NCBI GenBank assembly: GCA_964384275.1
Contig: CAYLKZ010000006.1
Span: 2,598-66,597, forward strand
Direction: 5' to 3'
From: an uncultured Sphingobium sp.
GTDB lineage: Bacteria; Pseudomonadota; Alphaproteobacteria; Sphingomonadales; Sphingomonadaceae
Length of the DNA stretch: 64,000 bases
In this document: positions 41,145 to 51,211 of the stretch, piece by piece
Layout of the letters: the number at the start of each line of letters is the position of its first letter
How positions within the stretch are numbered: position 1 is the stretch's first letter
Translations under genes and position numbers: made by a program
The notes under the pieces: generated by a model
Databases searched by the model: none
Told to the model about the DNA's origin: nothing
What the model saw: the letters and a program-made list of their open reading frames with translations, nothing else

Positions 41145-41702
41145 ATGGCCCAGTTCGACAAGGCGGATCTGGAACGCCGCATGAAGGGCGCGGTGGAATC
41201 GCTGAAGGGTGATCTTTCCGGCCTGCGCACCGGCCGCGCGAATATCGCGTTGCTCGATCCGGTCACGGTCGAGGTCTATGGCGCGATGATGCCCCTCAAC
41301 CAGGTGGCAACCGTTTCGGCGCCCGAGCCGCGCCTGCTTTCGGTGCAGGTGTGGGACAAGAGCAATATGACGCCGGTGGAAAAGGCGATCCGTTCGTCGG
41401 GTCTCGGGCTCAACCCGATCGCCGATGGGCAGACGCTGCGCCTGCCGATTCCCGACCTTACCGCCGAGCGCCGCAAGGAGCTGGCCAAGCTCGCCAGCCA
41501 ATATGCGGAAAAGGCCCGCGTCGCCGCGCGCAACGTCCGCCGCGATGGCATGGACAGCCTTAAGACCGACGAGAAGAAGGGCGAGATAAGCGAGGATGAT
41601 CGCAAGCGCTCCGAAACCGAGGTCCAGAAGCTGACCGACAGCACCATCGCCGATATCGACGCGGCTTTGGCGCATAAGGAGAAAGAGATTCTTGGGCAGT
41701 AA
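41145..41702 (+). CDS. frr: Ribosome recycling factor
   Basis: LRTGRAN..LLD, GLNP, P.LT.ERRKEL, RNVRRD, KEKEI. Confidence 0.97.
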   Translation: MAQFDKADLERRMKGAVESLKGDLSGLRTGRANIALLDPVTVEVYGAMMPLNQVATVSAPEPRLLSVQVWDKSNMTPVEKAIRSSGLGLNPIADGQTLRLPIPDLTAERRKELAKLASQYAEKARVAARNVRRDGMDSLKTDEKKGEISEDDRKRSETEVQKLTDSTIADIDAALAHKEKEILGQ

Positions 41703-41736
41703 CCGCCTGTTTTCCGGCAGAGCAGGAGACTGATCC

Positions 41737-42480
41737 ATGGCCAGCAAAGCAAGTTCGCCGCGTTTCGGATTTGACAGGAGAAGCCCCGGTCCGCGTCATG
41801 TCGCCATCATCATGGATGGCAATGGCCGTTGGGCCAAGAAGCGCATGTTGCCCCGCGTCGCTGGCCATAAGGCGGGGGTGGACGCAGTGCGGCGCGCCAT
41901 CCGCTCGGCGCGGGAACTGGGCGTGGAGTGCCTTACCCTCTATGCCTTCTCGTCGGAGAACTGGAAAAGGCCGGAGCAGGAGATCATTGATCTCACCGGC
42001 CTGCTCAAGCATTTCATCCGGGCGGACATTGACGAGTTTCACGAAAACGGTGTGCGTTTGCGGGTGATCGGCGATTATCGCGCGTTTGAACCCGGCGCGG
42101 TGGCGTTGATAGATGATGCGCTGGCGCGGACTAAGGACAATAAGGGCAGCACACTGGTTATCGCGCTCAATTATGGCGCGCAGGATGAGCTGGCACGTGC
42201 CGCGCGCACCCTTGCCCAGCAGGCGATGCGAGGCGAGATCGACCCCGCCATAATCGCGCCGGGCCATATTGCTGGCCTGCTCGATACCGCCGATCTGCCG
42301 CCTCTTGATCTGTTGATCCGCACTTCTGGAGAGCAGCGTCTCTCCAATTTCCTGCTCTGGCAATGTGCTTATGCCGAGCTCTATTTCACCGATGTGCTCT
42401 GGCCGGATTTCAACCATGCGTCCTTCGTCGAGGCGATCGAGAATTTCCGCTCGCGCGAACGCCGTTTCGGCGGCCTCTGA
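41737..42480 (+). CDS. uppS: Undecaprenyl diphosphate synthase
   Basis: HVAIIMDGNGRWA, YAFSSENWKRP, NYG, IRTSGEQRLSNFLLWQ, RERRFGG. Confidence 0.96.
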   Translation: MASKASSPRFGFDRRSPGPRHVAIIMDGNGRWAKKRMLPRVAGHKAGVDAVRRAIRSARELGVECLTLYAFSSENWKRPEQEIIDLTGLLKHFIRADIDEFHENGVRLRVIGDYRAFEPGAVALIDDALARTKDNKGSTLVIALNYGAQDELARAARTLAQQAMRGEIDPAIIAPGHIAGLLDTADLPPLDLLIRTSGEQRLSNFLLWQCAYAELYFTDVLWPDFNHASFVEAIENFRSRERRFGGL

Positions 42481-43229
42481 TGACGGATGGCCCGGAAATT
42501 CAAGGCGGCGGCAAGGCGGCGCGGTCCCGCAATAGCGACCTGCGCGTTCGCCTCATCTCCGCCGTGGTGATGGTGCTGGTGGGGGGCGCGGCGCTTTCCC
42601 TTGGGGGTTTGCCGCTGCGGCTGTTCATCGTGTTGGTGGGCATCGGCCTGCTGTATGAATTTTCGGGACTGGTGCGGGGATTCGCGACATCGCTGCCGCA
42701 GGTGTTTTTCTGGATGCTGGGCGGTGTCGCCTATATCGGCCTTGCCTGTTACAGCCTGATCGCGATGCCCGCATTGTTGCGCTGGACGCTGATCGGTGCG
42801 GTGATTGCGACCGACACCGGGGCCTATTTTTCCGGGCGGCGCTTCGGCGGTCCGAAGATAGCGCCCGCGATCAGCCCATCCAAGACCTGGGCAGGGCTAT
42901 TCGGCGGCATGGCGGGCGCGGCGCTGGTGCTGCTGATCGTCTGGCTGGCGGTGACGCTGCGGATCGTCGATGCCTATCATATGGGATTGTCGCTGCCGGA
43001 TATCCTTGGCCGTTATCCGTTGCTGGCGGTTGGGCTTGTCCTTGCCGGGTGCGGGCTGGCGGTGGTAGCGCAAGCGGGCGATTTCTTCGAAAGCTGGATG
43101 AAGCGGCGCGCGGGCGTCAAGGATAGCGGCGCGCTGATCCCCGGCCATGGCGGCTTGTTCGACCGGGTTGACGGTCTGCTTGCCGTGTCGGCTGTGATCG
43201 GCGTGCTGATGGCATGCGGGGCGATATGA
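42480..43229 (+). CDS. cdsA: Phosphatidate cytidylyltransferase
   Basis: DTGAYFSGR.FG, ISPSKTWAG, GDFFES.MKRRAGVKDSG.LIPGHGGLFDRVD; TGATG overlap with uppS. Confidence 0.94.
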   Translation: MTDGPEIQGGGKAARSRNSDLRVRLISAVVMVLVGGAALSLGGLPLRLFIVLVGIGLLYEFSGLVRGFATSLPQVFFWMLGGVAYIGLACYSLIAMPALLRWTLIGAVIATDTGAYFSGRRFGGPKIAPAISPSKTWAGLFGGMAGAALVLLIVWLAVTLRIVDAYHMGLSLPDILGRYPLLAVGLVLAGCGLAVVAQAGDFFESWMKRRAGVKDSGALIPGHGGLFDRVDGLLAVSAVIGVLMACGAI

Positions 43230-44392
43230 CGGCGGCGCGCACCATCAGCGTCTTCGGCGCGACCGGATCGGTCGGCAGTTCGACGCTCGACCTGATCGGC
43301 CGGGAGCCGGACGCCTATCAGGTGCTGGCGCTGACGGCCCATAGTGATCCGCTGAAACTTGCCGATCTGGCGAAGCGGCATGGCGCGCGAGTCGCGGTGA
43401 TCGCCGACGAGAGCCGTTATGCGGAGTTGCGGGATGCGCTTGCAGGCAGCGGGATCGAGGCGGCCGCAGGTTCCGGCGCGCTGATCGAGTCTGCCCGACT
43501 GGGCGCCGACTGGACTATGGCGGCGATTGTCGGCTGCGCCGGGCTGGAGCCGACGCTGGCGGCGCTGGAATGTGGCCGCACGGTCGCGCTCGCCAACAAG
43601 GAGTCGCTGGTCTCGGCGGGCGAGCTGATGATGGGCGCGGCGCGGGCGTCCGGCGCGACTTTGCTGCCGGTCGATAGCGAGCATAATGCGATCTTCCAGT
43701 GTCTCGCCGGTGGCCGCATGGAGGAGGTGCGCCGTATCATCCTTACCGCGAGCGGCGGGCCTTTCCGGGCGCGCAGCATCGCCGACATGGCGCAGGTGAC
43801 GCCGGAAGAAGCGGTGCGCCATCCCAACTGGTCGATGGGCGCGAAGATCAGCATCGACAGCGCGACGATGATGAACAAGGGGCTGGAGCTGATCGAGGCG
43901 GGCCATCTCTTTCCCATCGGCCTCGACCGCATCGAGATATTGGTGCATCCGCAATCGGTCATTCATTCCATGGTCGAATATCGCGATCACTCGACGCTGG
44001 CGCAGCTAGGCGCGCCGGATATGCGCATCCCGATCGCCCACGCGCTTGCCTGGCCCCGGCGCATGTCCAGCCCGGCCGCGCCGCTCGATCTGGCCATGAT
44101 CGGCAGGCTCGATTTCGAGAAGCCGGATGAGGATCGTTTCCCCGCGCTTCGTCTCGCCCGGCAGGCGGGGGAGGCGGGAGGAGCCTATCCCGCGGTGCTC
44201 AACGCCGCCAATGAAGTGGCCGTCGCCGCATTTCTCGACCGGCGGATCGGGTTTCTCGACATCAGCGCCATTGTTGAGCGCGTCCTCACAGGCTATAGCG
44301 GCAACAGACCGGCAGCGATTGCCGACGTTCTGGATGCTGACCGCCATGCACGGGACGCCGCCAGGCGGTTGACGGAAAGTGTAAAGGCCTGA
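43226..44392 (+). CDS. dxr: 1-deoxy-D-xylulose-5-phosphate reductoisomerase
   Basis: GATGSVG, LANKESLV, PVDSEHNAIFQ, TASGGPF, HPNWSMGAKISIDSATMMNKGLE, NAANE. Confidence 0.97.
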   Translation: MTAARTISVFGATGSVGSSTLDLIGREPDAYQVLALTAHSDPLKLADLAKRHGARVAVIADESRYAELRDALAGSGIEAAAGSGALIESARLGADWTMAAIVGCAGLEPTLAALECGRTVALANKESLVSAGELMMGAARASGATLLPVDSEHNAIFQCLAGGRMEEVRRIILTASGGPFRARSIADMAQVTPEEAVRHPNWSMGAKISIDSATMMNKGLELIEAGHLFPIGLDRIEILVHPQSVIHSMVEYRDHSTLAQLGAPDMRIPIAHALAWPRRMSSPAAPLDLAMIGRLDFEKPDEDRFPALRLARQAGEAGGAYPAVLNAANEVAVAAFLDRRIGFLDISAIVERVLTGYSGNRPAAIADVLDADRHARDAARRLTESVKA

Positions 44393-44420
44393 TGAGTGCA
44401 ACCGCCATGCTGGTGATGCC

Positions 44421-45536
44421 ATGTTGATGACGATATTGGCCTTTGTGGCGGTATTGGGTCCGCTCGTTTTCATCCATGAAATGGGCCATTATCTTGTTGG
44501 TCGCTGGTGTGGGGTGAAGGCGGAGGCCTTTTCCATCGGCTTCGGGCCGGAGTTGCTCGGCTGGGTCGACAGGCGTGGAACGCGCTGGCGCATCGCCGCG
44601 CTGCCGCTGGGCGGCTATGTGCGTTTCAAAGGCGACATGAACGCGGCGAGCCAGACCGACCCGGCCTGGTTGCAGTTGCCGCCGGAGGAGCGGGAAGGGA
44701 CTTTCTCCTCCAAATCGGTGGGGAAGCGCGCGGCAATCGTTGCGGCAGGCCCTCTCGTCAATCTGGTGTTCGCGGTGCTGCTGCTGGGCGGTCTCGCCAT
44801 GGCGCGTGGCGAAGCGGTGAGCGAGCCTGTCATCGGCCATATCGCGCAAGGCAGTGCGGCGCAGGCGGCGGGCCTGCGGGACGGCGACCGTATCGTCAGC
44901 ATCATGGGTCGCCCTATCACGAATTTTCAGGATATTGCGGGCATCGTCAGCCTGCGTCCCAATGAAGCGCTGACCTATGAGATCGAGCGCGGCGGCATCC
45001 GGTTCGAGAAGGATATCGCGGCTGGAACGCGGATCGAGCAGGATCGCTTCGGCAATGTCTACAGAGTAGGGCAGCTCGGCGTCGCGTCGGGCGAGATCAC
45101 CCGGCGGGACGTCAGCCTGCTGCGCGCGCCGGTTGTCGGCTTCAATCAGGCCGCGCAGATCACCCGCACCGCGCTGGACGGGCTGGGGCAGATCATTACC
45201 GGCCGCCGCTCGATGAGCGAGTTGGGCGGGCCGCTGAAGATCGCCGACATATCCGGGCAGGCGGCGTCCATGGGGCTGGACAGCTTCCTGTTTTTCATGG
45301 CGCTGATCTCGATTAATTTGGGGTTCATCAACCTCTTGCCAATCCCCATCCTGGATGGAGGTCATTTGCTTTTCTATGCGATCGAGGCAATCCAGCGTCG
45401 CCCGGTCAGTGCGGCGGTGCAGGAATGGGCCTATCGGTCCGGTCTTGCGCTGCTGCTGACGATGATGGTGCTGGTGACGTTCAACGATCTTGGGTCTTTC
45501 GGTCTTTGGCGCAGTCTCTCCGGCTTGATTGGTTGA
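44421..45536 (+). CDS. rseP: RIP metalloprotease RseP
   Basis: HEMGH, FSIGFGP, PLGGYV, AGPLVN, PDZ domain, NLLPIPILDGGH; start 44421 or 44427. Confidence 0.95.
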   Translation: MLMTILAFVAVLGPLVFIHEMGHYLVGRWCGVKAEAFSIGFGPELLGWVDRRGTRWRIAALPLGGYVRFKGDMNAASQTDPAWLQLPPEEREGTFSSKSVGKRAAIVAAGPLVNLVFAVLLLGGLAMARGEAVSEPVIGHIAQGSAAQAAGLRDGDRIVSIMGRPITNFQDIAGIVSLRPNEALTYEIERGGIRFEKDIAAGTRIEQDRFGNVYRVGQLGVASGEITRRDVSLLRAPVVGFNQAAQITRTALDGLGQIITGRRSMSELGGPLKIADISGQAASMGLDSFLFFMALISINLGFINLLPIPILDGGHLLFYAIEAIQRRPVSAAVQEWAYRSGLALLLTMMVLVTFNDLGSFGLWRSLSGLIG

Positions 45537-45673
45537 GTAATCCGGGGCAGGAGACTTTCGCGTTTTCTCGGTTAACGATAGCAGTATCGCCGCTTCGATG
45601 AAGAATCGGCCAGCTGTGGTCAGAATGCAGCTTTGGTCAGGATACAGGGGTGAGTGTGACGAAAAGGACTGAT

Positions 45674-48400
45674 ATGGCCCGGACTAAGCCGGTATTGCCG
45701 ATGGCGACCGCCCTGCTTGCTGGCACGATGATCGGCGGCCTCATGCTGCCCGCGGACGCGATGGCGCAGGCCAAGGCGCCAGCCCGTCCCGCCGCCGCAA
45801 CCGGCGCGGGCAAGGCGAAGCCGACCGGGGCGCCGCCTCCCGCCGTCGTCCCGACCGCGCAGACGATCAAGGCGATCGCCTTCGAGGGGCAGCAGCGCCT
45901 CGAAGCGGAAACGATCCTTTCCTACACGAAGCTGCGCGTCGGTTCCGCCTATACGCGCGAGAGCCTCGATAATGCGCTGCGCGATCTTTACGATACGGAA
46001 CTGTTCGCGGATGTGCGCATCCGTGACGACAACGGTACGCTGACCGTGACCGTGAAGGAAAATCCGGTCATCAACCGGATCGTGCTGGAAGGAAACAAGC
46101 GCCTCAAAGAGGACAAGATCCGGCCCGAAATCCACATGGCGCCGCGTCAGATCTATACCCGTTCGAAGGTCCGCTCCGACGTTGCCCGCATCATCGAGCT
46201 GTATCGCCGTCAGGGCCGCTTCGCCGCGACGGTCGAGCCAAAGCTGGTGCAGCTCGACCAGAATCGCGTCGATATCATTTTCGAGATCACCGAGGGGCCG
46301 AAGTCCAAGGTCCGCCAGATCAACATCATCGGCAATGAGAAATTTTCCGATAATGAGCTGCGCGGCCAGATGGTCACCAAGCAGTCGCGCTGGTTCCGCA
46401 TCTTCTCTTCGGGCACCAGCTATGATCCCGATCGCCTCGCCTATGACCAGCAGAAGCTGCGTCAATATTATCTGACCGAAGGCTATGCCGATTTCCGCGT
46501 GATTTCCGCCGTCGCCGAACTGACGCCGGACAAGCAGGACTTCATCATCACCTATGTGGTCGAGGAAGGCAGCCGCTATAAATTCGGCGATGTGGCGGTG
46601 AAGAGCGACATTCGCGACCTGTCCGGCGATCGGCTGACGAAGATGCTGCCGATGCACAAGGGCGACTGGTACAACGCCAAGCAGGTCGAGGACACCGTCG
46701 ATCAGCTGAGCGAGACGGCGGGCCTGTTCGGCTATGCCTTCGCCAATGTCGAGCCGGATTTCCAGCGCGACAAAGACAGCCTCACCATGGGCATCACCTT
46801 CCAGATCGCCAATGCGCCCCGCGTCTATGTCGAGCGGATCGACGTCAACGGCAATACGCTGACGCAGGACAAGGTGGTACGCCGCGAATTCCGTCTGGCG
46901 GAAGGCGATGCGTTCAACAGCTTCCAGGTGCGCCGGTCGAAGGACCGCATCAACTCGCTGGGCTTCTTCCAGGACAAGCTCGACATTCAGCAGAAGCCCG
47001 GTTCCGCGCCGGACCGCATCGTGCTGGAAACCAATGTGGAGGAGAAATCGACCGGCGAGCTTTCGCTTTCCGCCGGTTTCTCCAGCCTTGAGCGCTTCAT
47101 CTTCTCCGCCTCCGTCACGCAGCGCAATTTCCGTGGCAAGGGGCAGGAGCTGAGCCTGTCGGGCAGCTATTCCAACTATTCCAAATCGATCGATCTGGGC
47201 TTTACCGAGCCGTATCTGTTCGACAAGAATATCGCGCTGGGCGGCAATATCTATCGCCGCGACCTCAACGCCTTCAACTATCTGTCGAACGGCAGCCGCA
47301 ACACCACCTATGAGCAGTCGACGACCGGCTTCCAGATCAGGACCGGCGTGCCGATGACCGAATATATGTCGGCCTCGCTGCGCTATACACTCAACTATGA
47401 CGATGTCTCGCTCTCCAGTGATTATTACACCAATGGCGAGTGCGATCCGATCCTCGCCGGGCGCTATTTGTGCGAGGCGATCGGCAAGCGGGTGACGTCC
47501 TCTCTCGGCTACTCGCTGATCTATGACACTCGCGACAACCGCATCCGCCCGACGCGCGGCTTCAATGTTTCGCTGAGCCAGGATTTCGCGGGCCTCGGCG
47601 GCAGCGTCAAATATGTGAAGACGCGCGCCAATGCGGGCAAATGGATCAATGTCGGCAGCGGCTTCATCTTCAGCCTGACGGGCGAGGGCGGCTATATCTT
47701 CAGCCTCGAAAAGCAGCGCTACGGCACGGATATCGACGGCAGCACCTATGCTCTCGAAAAAGTCCGCCTGACCGACCGCTTCTTCCTTGGCGAGCCCTAT
47801 ATGCGCGGCTTCGCCATTCGCGGCGTCGGCCCACGCGTGATCCGCAGATATGGCACTTTTGGCACGGACGGCAGCTTTACCGAAACCGACAACAGGTCCG
47901 ATGACTCGTTGGGCGGCCGCCTCTATTATCTCGGCCATGCGGAGCTGGAAATTCCCCTGGGCGCCGGTGCGCGTGAAATGGGCTTGCGTCCCTCGCTGTT
48001 CGTCGATGTGGGCGCGGTCGGGGGTATCAAGCGGCCGAAGCTGAACAACTTCCCCGGCTATTGCTATGTGACGACCACGGTGGTCGATAGCGCGGGCACC
48101 ACTACATCCACGTCCACCACGTCGGAACGGGCGCTGGCCAATGCGGCTTGCTCGACCCAGGCCAGTACGAATACGGACGCGGCCGGCAGTGTAACCACGG
48201 TGGAGCCGATCTATCAGGCCAACACCGGCTTTGTGGAACAATATTACGGCAATACGCTTAAGCCCCGCGTGTCGGTCGGTTTCGGCGTGAACTGGAACTC
48301 GCCCTTCGGGCCGTTCCGGATCGATATCGCCAAGGCACTGGTCAAGTCTGCCGGCGACGACACCAAACTCATCACCTTCAACATAGGGACTCAATTCTGA
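45674..48400 (+). CDS. bamA: Outer membrane protein assembly factor BamA
   Basis: Signal peptide, five POTRA repeats (G.QR, GNKRL, GNEKFS, GNTLTQDKVVRRE), MRGF, SPFGP, C-terminal FNIGTQF; AGGA RBS. Confidence 0.96.
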   Translation: MARTKPVLPMATALLAGTMIGGLMLPADAMAQAKAPARPAAATGAGKAKPTGAPPPAVVPTAQTIKAIAFEGQQRLEAETILSYTKLRVGSAYTRESLDNALRDLYDTELFADVRIRDDNGTLTVTVKENPVINRIVLEGNKRLKEDKIRPEIHMAPRQIYTRSKVRSDVARIIELYRRQGRFAATVEPKLVQLDQNRVDIIFEITEGPKSKVRQINIIGNEKFSDNELRGQMVTKQSRWFRIFSSGTSYDPDRLAYDQQKLRQYYLTEGYADFRVISAVAELTPDKQDFIITYVVEEGSRYKFGDVAVKSDIRDLSGDRLTKMLPMHKGDWYNAKQVEDTVDQLSETAGLFGYAFANVEPDFQRDKDSLTMGITFQIANAPRVYVERIDVNGNTLTQDKVVRREFRLAEGDAFNSFQVRRSKDRINSLGFFQDKLDIQQKPGSAPDRIVLETNVEEKSTGELSLSAGFSSLERFIFSASVTQRNFRGKGQELSLSGSYSNYSKSIDLGFTEPYLFDKNIALGGNIYRRDLNAFNYLSNGSRNTTYEQSTTGFQIRTGVPMTEYMSASLRYTLNYDDVSLSSDYYTNGECDPILAGRYLCEAIGKRVTSSLGYSLIYDTRDNRIRPTRGFNVSLSQDFAGLGGSVKYVKTRANAGKWINVGSGFIFSLTGEGGYIFSLEKQRYGTDIDGSTYALEKVRLTDRFFLGEPYMRGFAIRGVGPRVIRRYGTFGTDGSFTETDNRSDDSLGGRLYYLGHAELEIPLGAGAREMGLRPSLFVDVGAVGGIKRPKLNNFPGYCYVTTTVVDSAGTTTSTSTTSERALANAACSTQASTNTDAAGSVTTVEPIYQANTGFVEQYYGNTLKPRVSVGFGVNWNSPFGPFRIDIAKALVKSAGDDTKLITFNIGTQF

Positions 48401-49029
48401 TGAAGACTTTTCTGAAAGCCGTCGCGCTGGCGACCGTTTCCGTCGCGGGCATGGCCGCTGTTTCCGTTCCCGCGATCGCGCAGTCGAAGCTGGGCGTCGC
48501 GGTGGTCGACATCGATGAGGCCGTGAACCGGAGCGCCGCTGCCACCAACGCCCGCACCCAGATGCAGACGACCTACAAGGCGAACATCGACAATTTCAAC
48601 AGCCGCAAGACCGCGCTCGACGCCGATCTGAAGCAGAAGGCGGAGGCTTTTCAGGCGGCGGTGAAGGCGGCTGGCGGCAAGTCCACCCCGGCGCTCCAGA
48701 CCCAGTATGAAGGTCTCCAGCAGAGCCAGCAGACCGCACAGCAGGAATTGCAGAAGATCGGTCAGCCGATCGCTCTCGCCAATGCCTATATCGAGGAACA
48801 GATCAGCGCCAAGATCAACGACGCGCTGAAGGCCGCGATGACCAAGAGCAAGGTCGATCTGGTGTTGCAGCCGGGCGCGACCGTTTCCTACGCGCCGGGC
48901 GTGGATATCACCGCCGCGGTGACGACCGAGCTCAACACGCTGGTGCCCAGCGTCAACATCGTTCCCCCCGCAGGCTGGCAGCCGGGCGGACAGCAGCAGG
49001 CGCCCGCGGGCGCATCGACGGGCCGCTAA
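48400..49029 (+). CDS. skp: OmpH/Skp family periplasmic chaperone
   Basis: Signal peptide, AVVD, Gln-rich coiled coil, DITAAV; directly after bamA. Confidence 0.85.
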   Translation: MKTFLKAVALATVSVAGMAAVSVPAIAQSKLGVAVVDIDEAVNRSAAATNARTQMQTTYKANIDNFNSRKTALDADLKQKAEAFQAAVKAAGGKSTPALQTQYEGLQQSQQTAQQELQKIGQPIALANAYIEEQISAKINDALKAAMTKSKVDLVLQPGATVSYAPGVDITAAVTTELNTLVPSVNIVPPAGWQPGGQQQAPAGASTGR

Positions 49030-49038
49030 GGAACCGCG

Positions 49039-49521
49039 ATGAGCGAAACGGAAAATCAGGAAAAGGCGGTGCGGGGTCCGATGGACATCCGCGCCGTCAT
49101 GGCCGCCCTGCCGCATCGATATCCGATGCTGCTGATCGATCGCGTCGTCTCGCTGGAGCCGCATAAGTCGATCCATGCGGTGAAGGCCGTGTCGGTGAAC
49201 GAGCCTTTCTTTCAGGGCCACTTCCCGTCGCGCCCGATCATGCCCGGTGTGTTGATTGTCGAGGCGATCGCGCAGGCGGCGGGCGTGCTGGCGGTGGAAT
49301 CGCTCGGGCTGGCCGGTTCCGGCAAGCTCGTCTATTTCATGGGCATCGAGGGCGCGAAATTCCGTAGTCCGGTGGAGCCCGGCTGTCTGGTCGATTTCCA
49401 TGTCGAGCTGACGCAGGTTCGCGGCGCCATCTGCAAGTTCAGCGGCAAGGCTTATGTTTACGGCAAGCTGTCGGCGGAGGCGCAATGCACGGCGATGATC
49501 GCTGATCCGCCCAAGGACTGA
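49039..49521 (+). CDS. fabZ: 3-hydroxyacyl-ACP dehydratase
   Basis: [43 protein letters not shown]. Confidence 0.96.
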   Translation: MSETENQEKAVRGPMDIRAVMAALPHRYPMLLIDRVVSLEPHKSIHAVKAVSVNEPFFQGHFPSRPIMPGVLIVEAIAQAAGVLAVESLGLAGSGKLVYFMGIEGAKFRSPVEPGCLVDFHVELTQVRGAICKFSGKAYVYGKLSAEAQCTAMIADPPKD

Positions 49522-49649
49522 TTTTTCAATGTTGAGAGCGTCGCTTGCGTTCATACTCCTTGCCTTTGGGCAGGAAAAGGGCTAACGGTGGCGCTTGATT
49601 TCGCTTGAATATTGAGGCCGGTCGGAACCGGCCATCAGAGGAGCATCTT

Positions 49650-49874
49650 ATGAAGCAGGACATCCACCCCGACTATCATTTCATCACCGTCCAGATGACT
49701 GACGGCACAACGTTCAAGACCCGCTCGACCTGGGGCAAGGAAGGCGACACGCTCGCCCTCGATATCGATCCCAAGTCGCACCCGGCATGGGTTGGCGGTC
49801 AGCGTAACCTCGATCAGGGCGGTCAGGTGGCCCGCTTCAACAAGCGCTTCGGTGGCCTTACCCTCAAGAAGTGA
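49650..49874 (+). CDS. rpmE: 50S ribosomal protein L31 (no zinc-binding Cys)
   Basis: [32 protein letters not shown]; GAGGAG RBS. Confidence 0.95.
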   Translation: MKQDIHPDYHFITVQMTDGTTFKTRSTWGKEGDTLALDIDPKSHPAWVGGQRNLDQGGQVARFNKRFGGLTLKK

Positions 49875-49896
49875 GCGGCCAGCCAGATTGGAAAAG

Positions 49897-49926
49897 AAGG
49901 GCGTCCCATTCGGGGCGCCCTTTTTT
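49897..49926 (+). terminator. Intrinsic terminator after rpmE
   Basis: aagggcgtccc-attc-ggggcgccc-tttttt. Confidence 0.8.
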
Positions 49927-50148
49927 CGTGGGAGAGCATCACGGTGGAAAGATCCGGTGATTGCAAGGTCAAGCGGCTGAACAAGGGCGCAGCTTTGCTG
50001 TTCCTGAACTTCCTGACGTGCCCGGTTGAGGGAAGTGCCCAATTGATCGGGCGGGAACAGCTCGTTCCGCCTCGTTGGCGCAAAATTCATTGTCTGGGCG
50101 GCCGTTGAACCCCGAATGGTTGCTGGCGCTCGCCAGCAAAGCGCGGCT

Positions 50149-50703
50149 TCAGAGCTTGGGCAGGGTAACGCCGCGCTGGCCCATATATTTGCCTGCACGG
50201 TCGGCATAGCTGACCTCGCACGGCTCATTGCCCTGAAGAAACAGGAACTGGCAGGCGCCCTCATTGGCGTAGATCTTCGCGGGCAGGGGGGTGGTGTTGG
50301 AAAATTCCAGCGTCACATGGCCTTCCCAGCCCGGTTCCAGCGGCGTCACATTGACGATGATCCCGCAGCGGGCATAGGTGGACTTGCCGAGGCAGATCAC
50401 CAGCACATCGCGCGGCACCCGGAAATATTCGACCGTGCGGGCGAGCGCAAAACTGTTGGGCGGGATGATGCAGACATCTGTCTTGCGGTCGACGAAACTG
50501 TTGGACGCGAAATCCTTGGGGTCCACCAGTGCGTTGTCGACATTGGTGAAAATCTTGAACTCATCGGCGACGCGCGCGTCATAGCCATAGGAGGACAGGC
50601 CGTAGCTGATGCACCCGTCGCGCTTCTGCGTCTCGACAAAAGGCTCTATCATGCCGTTTTCGAGCGCCTGTTCGCGTATCCAGCGGTCGGAAAGGATCGA
50701 CAT
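50149..50703 (-). CDS. dcd: dCTP deaminase
   Basis: [53 protein letters not shown]. Confidence 0.96.
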   Translation of the reverse strand: MSILSDRWIREQALENGMIEPFVETQKRDGCISYGLSSYGYDARVADEFKIFTNVDNALVDPKDFASNSFVDRKTDVCIIPPNSFALARTVEYFRVPRDVLVICLGKSTYARCGIIVNVTPLEPGWEGHVTLEFSNTTPLPAKIYANEGACQFLFLQGNEPCEVSYADRAGKYMGQRGVTLPKL

Positions 50704-50716
50704 GGGCTTGGGTCCT

Positions 50717-51211
50717 TTAGTTGCGGGAGGGGCGGGAAAAATCCGCGCCGGAAAAGGCATGGGGCAGAAGGTCCGCCACGCTGTAGGCGGCGATCTCCTT
50801 GCCGAACAAGGAAGCGCAGTAGACGCGAATGTCCCGACCCGCAAGAGAGGCTGCCTCGGCGATGATCTGGCGGCATCGCCCGCAAGGGGTGATGGGCGGA
50901 AGGGAGGAAGCTTCTGCCCCTTCTTCCATCTCGCGGCCTTCCATCGCCCCTCCGATCACGGCGATGGCGACGACCCGCGCGAGCTTTCCGGATGCATTGG
51001 CTGAGGCGATGGCGACTGTCTCGGCGCAGAGCGACAGGCCAAGGCTGGCATTTTCGAAATTGGCGCCGGCGATGATCGCGCCATCGTCCAGCCGCACCGC
51101 CGCGCCCACGGCAAAGCGGCTATAGGGCGCATAGGCATGGGCCATGGCGGCGCGGGCGGCCTCCACCAGCGCCGCGTCCCAGCCATCTTCCGCATAAGGG
51201 GCATCGATCAT
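50717..51211 (-). CDS. cdd: Cytidine deaminase
   Basis: AYAPYS.F.VGAA, GAN.ENAS, CAE, PCGRCRQ, LLP.AF (tetrameric type). Confidence 0.92.
   Translation of the reverse strand: MIDAPYAEDGWDAALVEAARAAMAHAYAPYSRFAVGAAVRLDDGAIIAGANFENASLGLSLCAETVAIASANASGKLARVVAIAVIGGAMEGREMEEGAEASSLPPITPCGRCRQIIAEAASLAGRDIRVYCASLFGKEIAAYSVADLLPHAFSGADFSRPSRN

Noticed and set aside
45620-48394. 924-aa antisense ORF spanning bamA; similar ones lie opposite secA (28844-31201), the S9 peptidase (3478-5541), cysI (55348-57171) and icd (34933-36375)
   Set aside because: These are shadow ORFs expected from strong GC3 codon bias. They have no motifs, no RBS, and mirror well-supported genes.
49944-50108. 54-codon plus-strand ORF (VERSGDCKVK...) after the rpmE terminator, with GGAG upstream
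   Set aside because: No recognisable family, atypical codon use and no clear promoter after the terminator. It cannot be supported without conservation data.
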